Virus record (IMG/VR): IMGVR_UViG_3300046513_000348
Coordinates: 1-64,000 of that record
Length of the DNA: 64,000 nt
Direction: 5' to 3' (one strand)
Shown here: positions 10,711 through 20,113 of the stretch, piece by piece
Layout of the letters: the number at the start of each line of letters is the position of its first letter
Position numbering within the stretch: the first letter of the stretch is position 1
The notes under the pieces: generated by a model
The model's database searches: none
Told to the model about the DNA's origin: nothing
What the model saw: only the letters and a program-made list of their open reading frames with translations
Program-made: the position numbers and the translations under genes

Positions 10711-12813
10711 ATGTATCATATTCGACTACTCAACAAACGGAACAAGTCGGCTGTTTATCCAGATGACCTCCTGATTTTTGACATCGATCGGAGTTGTCCT
10801 TTAATGGGGAATCCTATCCCTTTGGAGGACAAGGACGACGACGACATGCGTGAAGCTGTCCTCATCGAATACCGAGAACACTTCGAAAAAGAATACGCCG
10901 GTAACCCGGCATTTAAACAACGAATCCATTACTTTGCAGACCTAGTTAAGAGTGGTAAGAAACTAGGCTTTAGTTGCTGGTGTCACCCGAAGCAGTGTCA
11001 CGGCAACGTCATCATCGAAAAGATCATCCAGTTAGTAAAGAAACCCATGGCCAAGTCTATTGAAGCAAAAGCGGTTCCAGAATTCCTCGAAGAACGTTTC
11101 AAGCCGGAAGAGATTGACTACGTCGAATGCCGCTTCGTCATTCACATGCCACGCAAGACCGGCGATACGCCGTTTAACGATCATGATTGGCACATGGTCA
11201 AGGAAGTCATCCATTTGAAGGATGGTCGTACTGTCCCGAACGTTCGTTACGTCAAGGACTACAAGCGGAAGTATTGGGTGACGGCACCCCGCTTCCGCAA
11301 GAGTTACGAACAGAAGCGCGAATGGGAAACCCTGGATCGCCTGATCGAAGGAGAGTCGACCCAATCGGATCTGTACAAGAACGTAGCGATTTCGCTAGGT
11401 CGAATGGATCTGATCAAGCAGCCTCACATGTTGAAGGACTCGCCGCATATTTACGGCCTGGACATTCCTTCCTCGGTCTCTCTCAAGTACGACTATGTCG
11501 AACGCATGAACGGTAAGAAGGATACGCCGTTCAGCATTGCCTATTCGGATACTGAGACCAACATGCTGGGTCTCGAGAATGGCGCATCGAAACACATCAT
11601 CATGCAGTCGCTCTTCTTCGAGGGTAAACTGTACACGGTGATTCTGAAAGACTTCCTGGCCATCGTTCCAAGGCCAGAAGAAACACTGCGTGAGCTCTAC
11701 GAAGAACACATGCCTGAGCAAGGCAAGGAACTGGTCAAGGAATGGGAGTTCGAATTTGTCGATCAACCAATTGACATCGTCAAACGCATTCTGAAACGTT
11801 GCCATACTTGGCAGCCAGATTTCCTGTCCTTCTGGAACATGATCTTCGACTTGGACAAGATGATCGAGTGTGTCGAAGAAGCCGGTTATCGTCCTGAAGA
11901 CATCTTCTGCGATCCTCGCCTGCCTAAAGATCTGCGTACTGCTTTCCTCAAACGCGCCAACCCGAACAAGACAAGTGCTTCCGGCCGTACCATGACCAAG
12001 AAGCCGGCCGATCAATGGCACAGCTGGCTCTGCCCTGCATCGTTTTACATCATCGACCAGATGGCGTCCTATCGCTTCATTCGTAAATCGAAGCAGCTGG
12101 AACCGTCTTATGGCCTGGATGAGATCCTGGGTAAGGAACTGGAAGGTCTGGGTAAGCTTAAGCACAAGCCAGCCGAAGGTTTGAACAAAGCCGAATTCCA
12201 CATCTTCATGCAGCAGAAGTATCCGGGCGAGTATGTGATTTATCACCTCTGGGATGCCGTCTGTATGCACAAGCTGACGCTGAAGACCCAGGACTTGAGC
12301 TACTCGCTTCCTGGTACTACCGAGTACTCGGACTTCGTCAGCTTTGAATCGGAACCGAAGCGCTACATCCACAAGTTCCACCATTACATCCTGAAGAACC
12401 ACAATGCAGTGACTGGCGTGTCGGGCAAGACGCTGGTTCAGGAACACGACGAGCTGACCATCAGTACCAAAGGCCACATCGTTACCCTTGAACCTCATCT
12501 AACGGTCGATACCGGCATGAAGATCTTCAAGGACTATCCGGGCCTGCAGACGAACTTCTATGGTCACAATGCCGACTTGGACGTGAAGTCCAGTTATCCA
12601 TATGGCCAATGGGTGTTCAATATGTCACGACAGACGACCGTTCGTGAACTGGTGGACATCGAAGGCGTACGTGATCACCAACGACGCATTCAAGGCCTCA
12701 ACATCTCTGGCGGGCGCAGCAACGCGGTCGAGTTCTGTACTGAGATCTTCAAAGTACCGACCTTGGCCAATCTGGGCGACATCTTCGACAAAGCAAAAGC
12801 TGCACAAAACTAA
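10711..12813 (+). CDS. Split family-B DNA polymerase, exonuclease/motif-A subunit (phiKZ gp82-like), with N-terminal DUF4326 domain
   Basis: ExoI SDTET, ExoII WNMIFD, ExoIII YHLWD, PolB motif A DLDVKSSYP; N-terminal GNP...CWCHPKQCHG; start moved to ATG 10711 behind AGGTGAG. Confidence 0.85.
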   Translation: MYHIRLLNKRNKSAVYPDDLLIFDIDRSCPLMGNPIPLEDKDDDDMREAVLIEYREHFEKEYAGNPAFKQRIHYFADLVKSGKKLGFSCWCHPKQCHGNVIIEKIIQLVKKPMAKSIEAKAVPEFLEERFKPEEIDYVECRFVIHMPRKTGDTPFNDHDWHMVKEVIHLKDGRTVPNVRYVKDYKRKYWVTAPRFRKSYEQKREWETLDRLIEGESTQSDLYKNVAISLGRMDLIKQPHMLKDSPHIYGLDIPSSVSLKYDYVERMNGKKDTPFSIAYSDTETNMLGLENGASKHIIMQSLFFEGKLYTVILKDFLAIVPRPEETLRELYEEHMPEQGKELVKEWEFEFVDQPIDIVKRILKRCHTWQPDFLSFWNMIFDLDKMIECVEEAGYRPEDIFCDPRLPKDLRTAFLKRANPNKTSASGRTMTKKPADQWHSWLCPASFYIIDQMASYRFIRKSKQLEPSYGLDEILGKELEGLGKLKHKPAEGLNKAEFHIFMQQKYPGEYVIYHLWDAVCMHKLTLKTQDLSYSLPGTTEYSDFVSFESEPKRYIHKFHHYILKNHNAVTGVSGKTLVQEHDELTISTKGHIVTLEPHLTVDTGMKIFKDYPGLQTNFYGHNADLDVKSSYPYGQWVFNMSRQTTVRELVDIEGVRDHQRRIQGLNISGGRSNAVEFCTEIFKVPTLANLGDIFDKAKAAQN

Positions 12814-12828
12814 TCAAAAGGAGCAAAC

Positions 12829-13167
12829 ATGGCTTACCACTACTATCGTGACGACTACAAGCCCGAGCCAGTCTTCATCAAGGACGACGAACTGGGCGAA
12901 GAGCGCTTCAAAGCGCTCGAGGAGCAGCTGAAACACTTCAAGCTGAGTCCTGAGCACACCCGAGCTCGCGACCGCACTGTGGCCGTTTTCTACTACCGCC
13001 TGGAGCTGGCCAAGCAAGCCCTGTTCCCACGTCAGTTCCCCGGTGCCCGTGAACGTCTCGAGAAGTTCCGTAAGCCGAAGTTCTTCCTCGATGCCATGAC
13101 GGATCTGGTCGAACAAGTCAAGAAGGCAGTACCGGCGCCGAAGGCCAAACGTCGTTCTAGCTGGTAA
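12829..13167 (+). CDS. Hypothetical protein
   Basis: 112 aa, AAGGAG RBS, followed by a terminator. Confidence 0.75.
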   Translation: MAYHYYRDDYKPEPVFIKDDELGEERFKALEEQLKHFKLSPEHTRARDRTVAVFYYRLELAKQALFPRQFPGARERLEKFRKPKFFLDAMTDLVEQVKKAVPAPKAKRRSSW

Positions 13168-13183
13168 AAAAGAAAGCATAAAG

Positions 13184-13217
13184 ATTACTCCTCCTGCCGT
13201 AAGGCAGGAGGAGTAAT
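13184..13217. terminator. Bidirectional hairpin terminator
   Basis: 15-bp perfect stem, GTAA loop, between convergent genes. Confidence 0.8.
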
Positions 13218-13225
13218 ATGTTTGT

Positions 13226-13813
13226 TTACCAAGGACTGAAACTTGCTGGAAGATACAGAGGACTCGGATTGATGTCGGTGATGCCGTCTATCGGACTCGT
13301 TGTAGCCGGACTACCGACGAGGGGATAGAACGGACCTGCTACACTGTTTACGTAATCTGCAATGTTTTTCAGGCCACTCGGTGCGCCATTGAAGTAGAAC
13401 TGGAAGGTACCGGAATCGAAGTCCATACCCAAGCCGAGTATTCCGCCTTGAGAAAAAGCAGCACTGAAGGTTTGACGTAAATCGCTCTTGTAAATGAACA
13501 TACCGCCGGAGAAGCTATACCAAACGACCTGATTGGTATTGGCCGCCCAGCAGTTGGTGAGGACTGCTGAATTCCGATTACTGAAGCCGATCAGTGGAGC
13601 AACATCTCCTCGTTCGAACTGGGTGGCCTTTACTTCGAAGTAGCGTTTTCCCTTGTTATAACCAGTCGTTCCGAGAACGGCACCACCGAAGCCCGTAATG
13701 TCGGCTCTCTGATTGCTGTTAGTTAGCGTAACGCCAGAGCCTTTGAAAGTTGGGTCGAAGGTCCAGCCACTAGCGGCGGCTTTCTTCTTAGAACCCAATA
13801 CCATTTCATGCAT
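13226..13813 (-). CDS. SPRY/B30.2-domain protein, probably virion-exposed
   Basis: GKRYFEVK and ILGLGMDFDSGTFQFYFNG are SPRY-like; N-terminus MHEMVL. Confidence 0.7.
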   Translation of the reverse strand: MHEMVLGSKKKAAASGWTFDPTFKGSGVTLTNSNQRADITGFGGAVLGTTGYNKGKRYFEVKATQFERGDVAPLIGFSNRNSAVLTNCWAANTNQVVWYSFSGGMFIYKSDLRQTFSAAFSQGGILGLGMDFDSGTFQFYFNGAPSGLKNIADYVNSVAGPFYPLVGSPATTSPIDGITDINPSPLYLPASFSPW

Positions 13814-13853
13814 ATCTTCCTCATTGGTTGTTTGCTTCTCTCACAGCATATTC

Positions 13854-13885
13854 CCTCTACTACTGGCGAAAGCCAGTAGTAGAGG
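13854..13885 (-). terminator. Hairpin terminator after dTMP kinase
   Basis: 14-bp perfect stem, GAAA/TTTC loop. Confidence 0.7.
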
Positions 13886-13896
13886 TATGCGAGGTT

Positions 13897-14592
13897 TTAA
13901 GCAGACCGCAGGGACGGCGAGGTCAGATGGTGCAGGCGGGCACGCACGAGCTTCTTCACGTATTCCAGATCGTTGTTCGCATCGATGACCATCAGCGGGT
14001 TCGCTTCGTGGTCACGGACATGATAACGCTGGTTGAAGCCTGACTGCAAACGAATGAAGAAAGCATCGTCAGCTTTCTCGAACGCATCCTTGGCAGCAGG
14101 ACGGCTCGAGACACGGGCGCGTGAGGTTTCCAGGCTCACGTCCAGATGGACAGTGTTGTAGCCATAGATCTGCTTCCGCAGGAAGACACGTTCATCGAAG
14201 GATAGGTCTGTGAAGAACGTTTCCAGATCGAACATGTACTGGAAGACATGACGCATGACTTCATAGGGGATGCCCATGCCGTAATGCTGATAGACCCAGG
14301 TCGTATCATGCCAGCGATCAGTGATCACTACCTTACCCTCGAGGAGAGCAGGGATAATCGTTTCCTTCATAACACGGGCACGCAGTTCGAGGATCAGGGA
14401 CAGAACAGCAACGTTCGGAACCTTCTGCTGAATCCACAGATCGCGTTTGAACATCGCGTCTTCATCTCGCGGATATGCTTCGACAACGACGTTAGGAACG
14501 CCATTCTCAGTCAGGTATTCGCCCATGTACTTGGCAGTAGTGGACTTCCCACTACCATCCAAGCCTTCTACACTAAACAGCATACTTTCCAT
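13897..14592 (-). CDS. tmk: Thymidylate kinase
   Basis: P-loop VEGLDGSGKST, VITDRW and YQ motifs. Confidence 0.9.
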   Translation of the reverse strand: MESMLFSVEGLDGSGKSTTAKYMGEYLTENGVPNVVVEAYPRDEDAMFKRDLWIQQKVPNVAVLSLILELRARVMKETIIPALLEGKVVITDRWHDTTWVYQHYGMGIPYEVMRHVFQYMFDLETFFTDLSFDERVFLRKQIYGYNTVHLDVSLETSRARVSSRPAAKDAFEKADDAFFIRLQSGFNQRYHVRDHEANPLMVIDANNDLEYVKKLVRARLHHLTSPSLRSA

Positions 14593-14641
14593 CTTGCCCT
14601 CTCAGGTGGTTAACTAAATCATTAACCACCTCTGTTTTATT

Positions 14642-15643
14642 TTAGATCATTTCCAGGACCGGTCGCCAGTAACCAGCGGTGGTATAGCCCATGGTGGCGA
14701 TGAAACCAGGATGATAGCTGTAGTACGAATACGCAGAGCCGCGCGAAATGATTGTATTCGCGGCGGTCATTTCCATCATCATGGAATCTCGGTTGATGCC
14801 GTTGCGGCTGTTATTGTCCGACTGCCATGCGACCTCTCCGTCGAAGCGTTCCCAGTTTTCACCTTTCTGGCTTGGAGCGGTCCAGGTCATGACCTTCGCC
14901 ATCAGGGAATTCCACTCACTACCACTGAGGTCCATTGTCGAATCGTAGGAATCCTGAGTGATGCGATTGCCGGTATAGCTGTTCACGGCTGGCGTGTTGG
15001 AAGCAGCGCTATACGTTTTCGTGACGTCGTAAGGATCTGGCAAACCGTGCATCAGACGAACCTTGAAGGTCGAACCTTTGATGTCGATAAATTTCTGTTG
15101 GTTGACGCCGGCCAAGGTATTGAACTCACGAGGTCCGATGCCATCGACGCCGTATACGAGACCGAGATTATACAAATCGCGCCAGTTCGTTACTGCAATC
15201 GGCTGGCGTGGTACAAACAGGATCTTGCCCTTGAATGCGAACTTGAACCAGTCCTGTACGACGGTATTACTCCTGGTCGCGTTGACAAGACCGGACCAGC
15301 TGGTGACGGTGTCCCAATCAGTGAAGTCATTGGAGTTTACCAAGCCGTAATAACCACAGCTCAGATCGCCGCCCTTCAAGGACTGATTGCCAGGACCACT
15401 ATAGAAAGTCGCCGTTGCCGCGATGTTACCGCTGCGAACTTTCTCGGTTCCGTTGAAGACTTCGAAGATGTAGTTATACGAGCCATCTTTCTCGACGGTG
15501 GTGTCGGAAAAGGACGTCGAATTGCCGGGAATCGTCGCAAGCGGCGCCGGCAGGTTTGTAGGATCGAGGGGACCAACGCCTCGATAAACATTGATACCCT
15601 CGGCATTAATGTTGGGATTGGTGAAACTAATCTTGATTTCCAT
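14642..15643 (-). CDS. Virion structural protein, N-terminal FN3/Ig-like domain plus phiKZ-family C-terminal domain
   Basis: EGINVYR...SFSDTTV...YNY; WFKFAFKGKILFVP...LYNLGLVYG...FKVRLMHG; paralog of the next two genes. Confidence 0.65.
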   Translation of the reverse strand: MEIKISFTNPNINAEGINVYRGVGPLDPTNLPAPLATIPGNSTSFSDTTVEKDGSYNYIFEVFNGTEKVRSGNIAATATFYSGPGNQSLKGGDLSCGYYGLVNSNDFTDWDTVTSWSGLVNATRSNTVVQDWFKFAFKGKILFVPRQPIAVTNWRDLYNLGLVYGVDGIGPREFNTLAGVNQQKFIDIKGSTFKVRLMHGLPDPYDVTKTYSAASNTPAVNSYTGNRITQDSYDSTMDLSGSEWNSLMAKVMTWTAPSQKGENWERFDGEVAWQSDNNSRNGINRDSMMMEMTAANTIISRGSAYSYYSYHPGFIATMGYTTAGYWRPVLEMI

Positions 15644-15654
15644 TTTTTACCTTT

Positions 15655-16656
15655 TTACATTACCAGTTCGAGAATAGGACGCCATCCGCTGTATACCATC
15701 GAGCTCGTGAAAGTTCCCGACGTGGCGACGGTACCCGATGCATTGCCGACTGGAACCTGAGCGATGGTGGCCACGCGCGGTTCATCGCTGTAACGACGAC
15801 CACCTCGGGCGACGGCAAGACCGGCATTATTGTAGCTCGCCATTTGTTGGCAAAGGTCATGGATTCCAGCGCCGCTCTGAAGCTGACGACACACGGTTTC
15901 GTCGATGCGAGCGAATAGACCGTAAGTGGTATCCGCGTTGTGGCGCTTAGACATCATGAGTGCGCCCATGATGTCGTCGTATTCGTTGACCGCTGGAATG
16001 GTCGCATCCGGGTTCAATTTGCCCGTTGGGAGAGCTGCGCCGTCGGCAGTACCCTTCATCAGGCGAGGAATGAAGCTGAAGCCGGAGATGTCTTGCAGCT
16101 TGAATTGGTTAGTCGGCACTGCGCCGGTCGGTACCACTGGACCATTGTCGTTGGTACCGAAGACGGCTCCAGCCTGGTAGATCTGGTTGTACGAAACGGT
16201 GTCGCGAAGAACGCTACGTGGAACGAAGATCACCTTGCCTTTGTAGGCCATCTTCATCCAGCCGAAGTCCGTAGCAGCCGTACCGACTTCCAGGCCAAGG
16301 GCCGAGACCAGGCCGCCGTAGCTGATGAAGTTTGCAGAGGTACAGAAACCGAAGAGGCCGAGATCCCAATCTCCTGCCACGAGAATTTGAGGACCCGGAC
16401 CGGTATCGACAGGAGCCACTGCCAGAATCAGACGATTCTTCGTGAGAACCTCATCGCCGCCCAGGAAGACGCCGAAACGGTAGTAGTATTTGTTTCCACG
16501 GACAGCGGTGGCGTCGACGTACTGCGTAGCGCCCGGCGGAAGTGTCGCAAGCGGCTCGGGCAGGGCCGCGGAATCAATGGGAGTATCGCTACGATAGACG
16601 CGAACGCCTTCTTCGGAGCCACCATTGTAGTTATCGAATTTGATAGTAATATCCAT
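15655..16656 (-). CDS. Virion structural protein, FN3/Ig-like paralog
   Basis: EGVRVYR...QYVDATA...YYY; WMKMAYKGKVIFVP...IYQAGAVFG...PRLMKG. Confidence 0.65.
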   Translation of the reverse strand: MDITIKFDNYNGGSEEGVRVYRSDTPIDSAALPEPLATLPPGATQYVDATAVRGNKYYYRFGVFLGGDEVLTKNRLILAVAPVDTGPGPQILVAGDWDLGLFGFCTSANFISYGGLVSALGLEVGTAATDFGWMKMAYKGKVIFVPRSVLRDTVSYNQIYQAGAVFGTNDNGPVVPTGAVPTNQFKLQDISGFSFIPRLMKGTADGAALPTGKLNPDATIPAVNEYDDIMGALMMSKRHNADTTYGLFARIDETVCRQLQSGAGIHDLCQQMASYNNAGLAVARGGRRYSDEPRVATIAQVPVGNASGTVATSGTFTSSMVYSGWRPILELVM

Positions 16657-16671
16657 CTTTATTCTCAGTCG

Positions 16672-17781
16672 TTAAGTTGTAATGTTGACGTTCGATACAC
16701 GAACGATCGGCGTATGGATGATCTTGATCGACATCAGTCTTGCTGGATCACCGCCAGAAATAGAGCTAACGACACCAAGAGGAATCTTGAGTTCTCGAGA
16801 AGCCTTAAAATTCGTCAGGCGATTCGGATCACCGGTGGCTGCCACGTAGGTACCGCCGACTGGTTTCTTATAACCGCCATCACTGTCGAAATCGGCAAGT
16901 CGAACAATGGTAGTTTCCGTACCAGAGGCCGATGAGCCAAACACAAGTCCTGAAATCGCTCCACGAAGGAAACCGGCAACCGAGATGCGGTAGGTGCCAA
17001 GCTTGAACAGTTCGTTTTGCGCAATCAGTTCCAACACGGGACGCCAGTAATAAGCACTGGTCAGAGGTGTTCCGCCTTGAAGCGAGTAGCCCGTGATGTA
17101 AATCGGCGCGGCGCCATTAAATGATCCGCGAAGGAGCGGGGTGCCGTTGGGATAACTTGCATTGAGCAAAATTTCCCGGTTGATTTCGATGTTCGCGATA
17201 AGATCCTGCCAAGGATACTTTGCAAACTTCTTTTCCGGATAAAGAGGTATTACGTTATCGGAGACCCGGTAGAGCAATTCAGTGAACATCGATTTACGAC
17301 GAGGCGATGCGTCGGAGCCCGATGAGTTAACCACTTGAGTTGCCAGGCCGGTTTCATCGCCAGTGATGGTTCTTACCTTGAAACTGTAGGAACCCTTTTT
17401 GACGATTCGAAGCTGATCGGTCTGTCCGAACGGATAAACGCCAGGACCAATACCTTCCTCACCGTAGATGAGGCCAGCTCTATAAAGAGAAATCCAACTT
17501 GTCGAGAAGTTGGTGGATGAGAGTGTGAAAATAGCTTGTTTCTTGATGAACAGAAACTTGCCGTAGTAACGGAACTTCAGCCATGGAATGTTGTCATTCG
17601 TTACCGACGCTGCAAAGAACTCAGGAATCTGAGCCTTGAATTCGTCTGCGGTTAAAACCTCCGCATTGGATACTTCGCCGAAAAATGCAACATCGTCTGT
17701 CCCGACGGCGGAAATCGGACCAGGTCCGGAATTCGGGTAGACGAGTTTTGCTGCTCCGGCCGCTAGTAATGCTTCATGCAT
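16672..17781 (-). CDS. Virion structural protein of the same paralog family, without the FN3 domain
   Basis: WLKFRYYGKFLFI...LYRAGLIYG...FKVRTITG...WRPVLEL; N-terminus MHEALL. Confidence 0.6.
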   Translation of the reverse strand: MHEALLAAGAAKLVYPNSGPGPISAVGTDDVAFFGEVSNAEVLTADEFKAQIPEFFAASVTNDNIPWLKFRYYGKFLFIKKQAIFTLSSTNFSTSWISLYRAGLIYGEEGIGPGVYPFGQTDQLRIVKKGSYSFKVRTITGDETGLATQVVNSSGSDASPRRKSMFTELLYRVSDNVIPLYPEKKFAKYPWQDLIANIEINREILLNASYPNGTPLLRGSFNGAAPIYITGYSLQGGTPLTSAYYWRPVLELIAQNELFKLGTYRISVAGFLRGAISGLVFGSSASGTETTIVRLADFDSDGGYKKPVGGTYVAATGDPNRLTNFKASRELKIPLGVVSSISGGDPARLMSIKIIHTPIVRVSNVNITT

Positions 17782-17842
17782 CGCAGCTCCTTAATCAGGG
17801 TTACATAACCCAGACTATCTAAAAACATACAGATAAGCAAAA

Positions 17843-17871
17843 AAAATACCCAGGTTCTGCCTGGGTATTTT
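17843..17871 (-). terminator. Intrinsic terminator
   Basis: 12-bp stem with A/T tracts on both sides. Confidence 0.7.
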
Positions 17872-17883
17872 CGGATATTCCCT

Positions 17884-18651
17884 TTACACGGTTTTCATGT
17901 ATTGGGAAAGAGAGACATAGTGCGGACGGACGAAGCGATACATTGCTTCAGCCATTTGTTCCTGATGTCGCTGGTCGTCTGCCTTGAGAACCACGTCTGC
18001 AAGTTCGTGCATGTCTTTGGCCATGCCGAAATGCATGTTCTTACCGTTCTTGGAAGAGTAGTACCGAACGCGGAAGTGTTTGCCGTGATTCATGACATTC
18101 ACGCCGGGCGGAAGGATGAGTCCACTGAACTCACGCTCGTCTTTCCAGTTGTACTTGACAGGGAACCAGAGCGACTCGTTGATCGCCTCGGTGACCGTGC
18201 GGATATTGGCGAAGTAATGCTCAGATGCAGCCGCAACCATACTCTCGTAATTAGAGTAGTGAAAGTTCTTCGCGAATTCAGTTCCGCTGAATACTCGGAT
18301 CTGGATATCGCGAGGACCGCGCTTCACTACCTGCATCTTCGAGGGAAGGAAGAACACGCCGTGACCTGGAATGATCTTGACACCTTCTTCTTTACGATCG
18401 AAGAGCTTGCGCAGTTTCCCGCGCTCATTGAAAGCGATCGAATGATGCAGGGCCTTGTTGTAGGTCCTGAACGCTTCCGGCGATACCTCTCCATCCTGGA
18501 ACGGATTGAAGACATGCTGCTCTTCCTGGGAGCGAACATTCCAAGAACGCTGGAAGTCGCCGAAACGTACGATGGACAGATCGGTATCAATTGGGAATTC
18601 GCGGTCGAGAATTCGTGCTACATTTTTGCCGACAGAGATGGTCATTGCCAT
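17884..18651 (-). CDS. Hypothetical protein, possibly with AP2-like DNA-binding repeats
   Basis: 255 aa; LPPGV....HFRVRY....KNMHFG resembles AP2 domains; weak. Confidence 0.4.
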   Translation of the reverse strand: MAMTISVGKNVARILDREFPIDTDLSIVRFGDFQRSWNVRSQEEQHVFNPFQDGEVSPEAFRTYNKALHHSIAFNERGKLRKLFDRKEEGVKIIPGHGVFFLPSKMQVVKRGPRDIQIRVFSGTEFAKNFHYSNYESMVAAASEHYFANIRTVTEAINESLWFPVKYNWKDEREFSGLILPPGVNVMNHGKHFRVRYYSSKNGKNMHFGMAKDMHELADVVLKADDQRHQEQMAEAMYRFVRPHYVSLSQYMKTV

Positions 18652-18690
18652 GGTCGATTTTAATCCTTCTAAGTTTGAACAAACTGCCCG

Positions 18691-19353
18691 TTAAGCTGCA
18701 ACCATGTTACTGGTAGCGGCTTCCGGTTTGTCTTGCTGGGCGTTAACTTCTTCACCTGCTTGACGCGCTTTGATGATGCACTTTGCCATTTCCACGGCCA
18801 CCAGGAAGTGGGCATGGCTGACAAGGTACGGGTTCCGAGGAACACCAGTGTTGGCTGCCAGTCGACGTGGGTCGCCTGCCAGCTCGTACGACGTGAGGAC
18901 ACGTTCGTTCTGGAACGCATCGATCATCTCTTTAACTGCTGCGATGACCGTATCGACCCAGACATACTGCTTCTTCCAAGCAGCTTTGTAGTAGCGAGCA
19001 GCTTCCTCGCTTGTGTAGCCGGCCGCCTTCAGCACCGTCAGACGACCCTGCTCGAAGATTGCTCGGGTACGCACCGTAAGCGGCAGAGCCACAATGGTTC
19101 GGCCGACCACGACGTTGTCGACGCGACGAACATTGACCTTGAGATTCCAGTCGCCGATACGGCTGGGAATATCTCGCCATTTATCGAAGAACGCCGTGAT
19201 ATCGTTCTGGCGTCCCTCGCGTACCATCTTTTCGATCTCGAGTGCAGTTGGATCGACAATGGTCTGTTTGGGTTCAGAATAGCCGACGTTGATTGCACCG
19301 GCACGACGACGAGAAGCTTTACTGTTAAAGCCTGCGTGGTTCGGATTTGCCAT
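18691..19353 (-). CDS. Hypothetical protein
   Basis: 220 aa from ATG 19353 (MANPNH), preceded by GGAGGCGGG. Confidence 0.7.
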   Translation of the reverse strand: MANPNHAGFNSKASRRRAGAINVGYSEPKQTIVDPTALEIEKMVREGRQNDITAFFDKWRDIPSRIGDWNLKVNVRRVDNVVVGRTIVALPLTVRTRAIFEQGRLTVLKAAGYTSEEAARYYKAAWKKQYVWVDTVIAAVKEMIDAFQNERVLTSYELAGDPRRLAANTGVPRNPYLVSHAHFLVAVEMAKCIIKARQAGEEVNAQQDKPEAATSNMVAA

Positions 19354-19535
19354 GGTTTTATTCCCGCCTCCGAGTTGAGGCACACTTAAGAAAGTCATGA
19401 TGACTCCTATTCAATTGTTGCAGTCGTATAGACTGTTTTAATGTTACGATTGGACAAGACCTCCATTTATTTTTGGGGCTGTTCACGTTTGTTATATATT
19501 TCTGATTTATTCTGCAGTGAGACAAACATAAACCG

Positions 19536-19565
19536 ATACTACCAGCCCGTGAGGGCTGGTAGTAT
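19536..19565 (-). terminator. Hairpin terminator
   Basis: 13-bp perfect stem, GTGA/TCAC loop. Confidence 0.7.
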
Positions 19566-20113
19566 TAGCTTTTTGTTGATGCGTTTGGCTGTGACCTCAG
19601 GAGATCCTCAAGCTTCTTCAATTCCCTGCCAGCACCGCCTAGCGTTTTCGCGCTATGCTTCTTAGCAGATTGAATTACCTTAAGGAAGTCTCGTCGAGGA
19701 AACTGGATTAGCTGATCGAACGGAATGCCGAAGATTTCGAAGACTCGATTTTCAGCGAATTGATCGAGTCTGAAATCCAGCGGGTCCACTTCCGCAAGAG
19801 ACTCTTTGGGCGACAGGTAGAGAAGAGGCCAGGGCACATCTGGATTTTCCGGACCGTGATGGTCGTAGATCCCGAACGCTGTTTCGTAGTGCATCCTCAT
19901 GATGAGGTCTGCCTCCACGACATTCGGGAACTTCAACTTGGTCATCGCCTGCAACACAACGTTTGCAGGCGAATTGTTTCTGTCCTCTGCCCTGGCTAGC
20001 TCCGGCTCTAGTCCGACGTGTCCTCCAAGCTCCGCGACGTGATCCCATGCAACTTCTGCTCGACCAGCTGAAAAAAAACCGAAATCGAGTCGATGGGAAT
20101 CAGACGCGGCCAC
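19565..20113 (-). CDS. Tail/baseplate assembly chaperone C-terminal part (T4 gp51 / lambda T-like); start uncertain, possibly reached by -1 frameshift
   Basis: VFEIFGIPFDQLIQFPRRDF motif; frame open across the U8 site of the upstream gene; ATG 19945 lacks a clear RBS. Confidence 0.5.
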   Translation of the reverse strand: MAASDSHRLDFGFFSAGRAEVAWDHVAELGGHVGLEPELARAEDRNNSPANVVLQAMTKLKFPNVVEADLIMRMHYETAFGIYDHHGPENPDVPWPLLYLSPKESLAEVDPLDFRLDQFAENRVFEIFGIPFDQLIQFPRRDFLKVIQSAKKHSAKTLGGAGRELKKLEDLLRSQPNASTKS

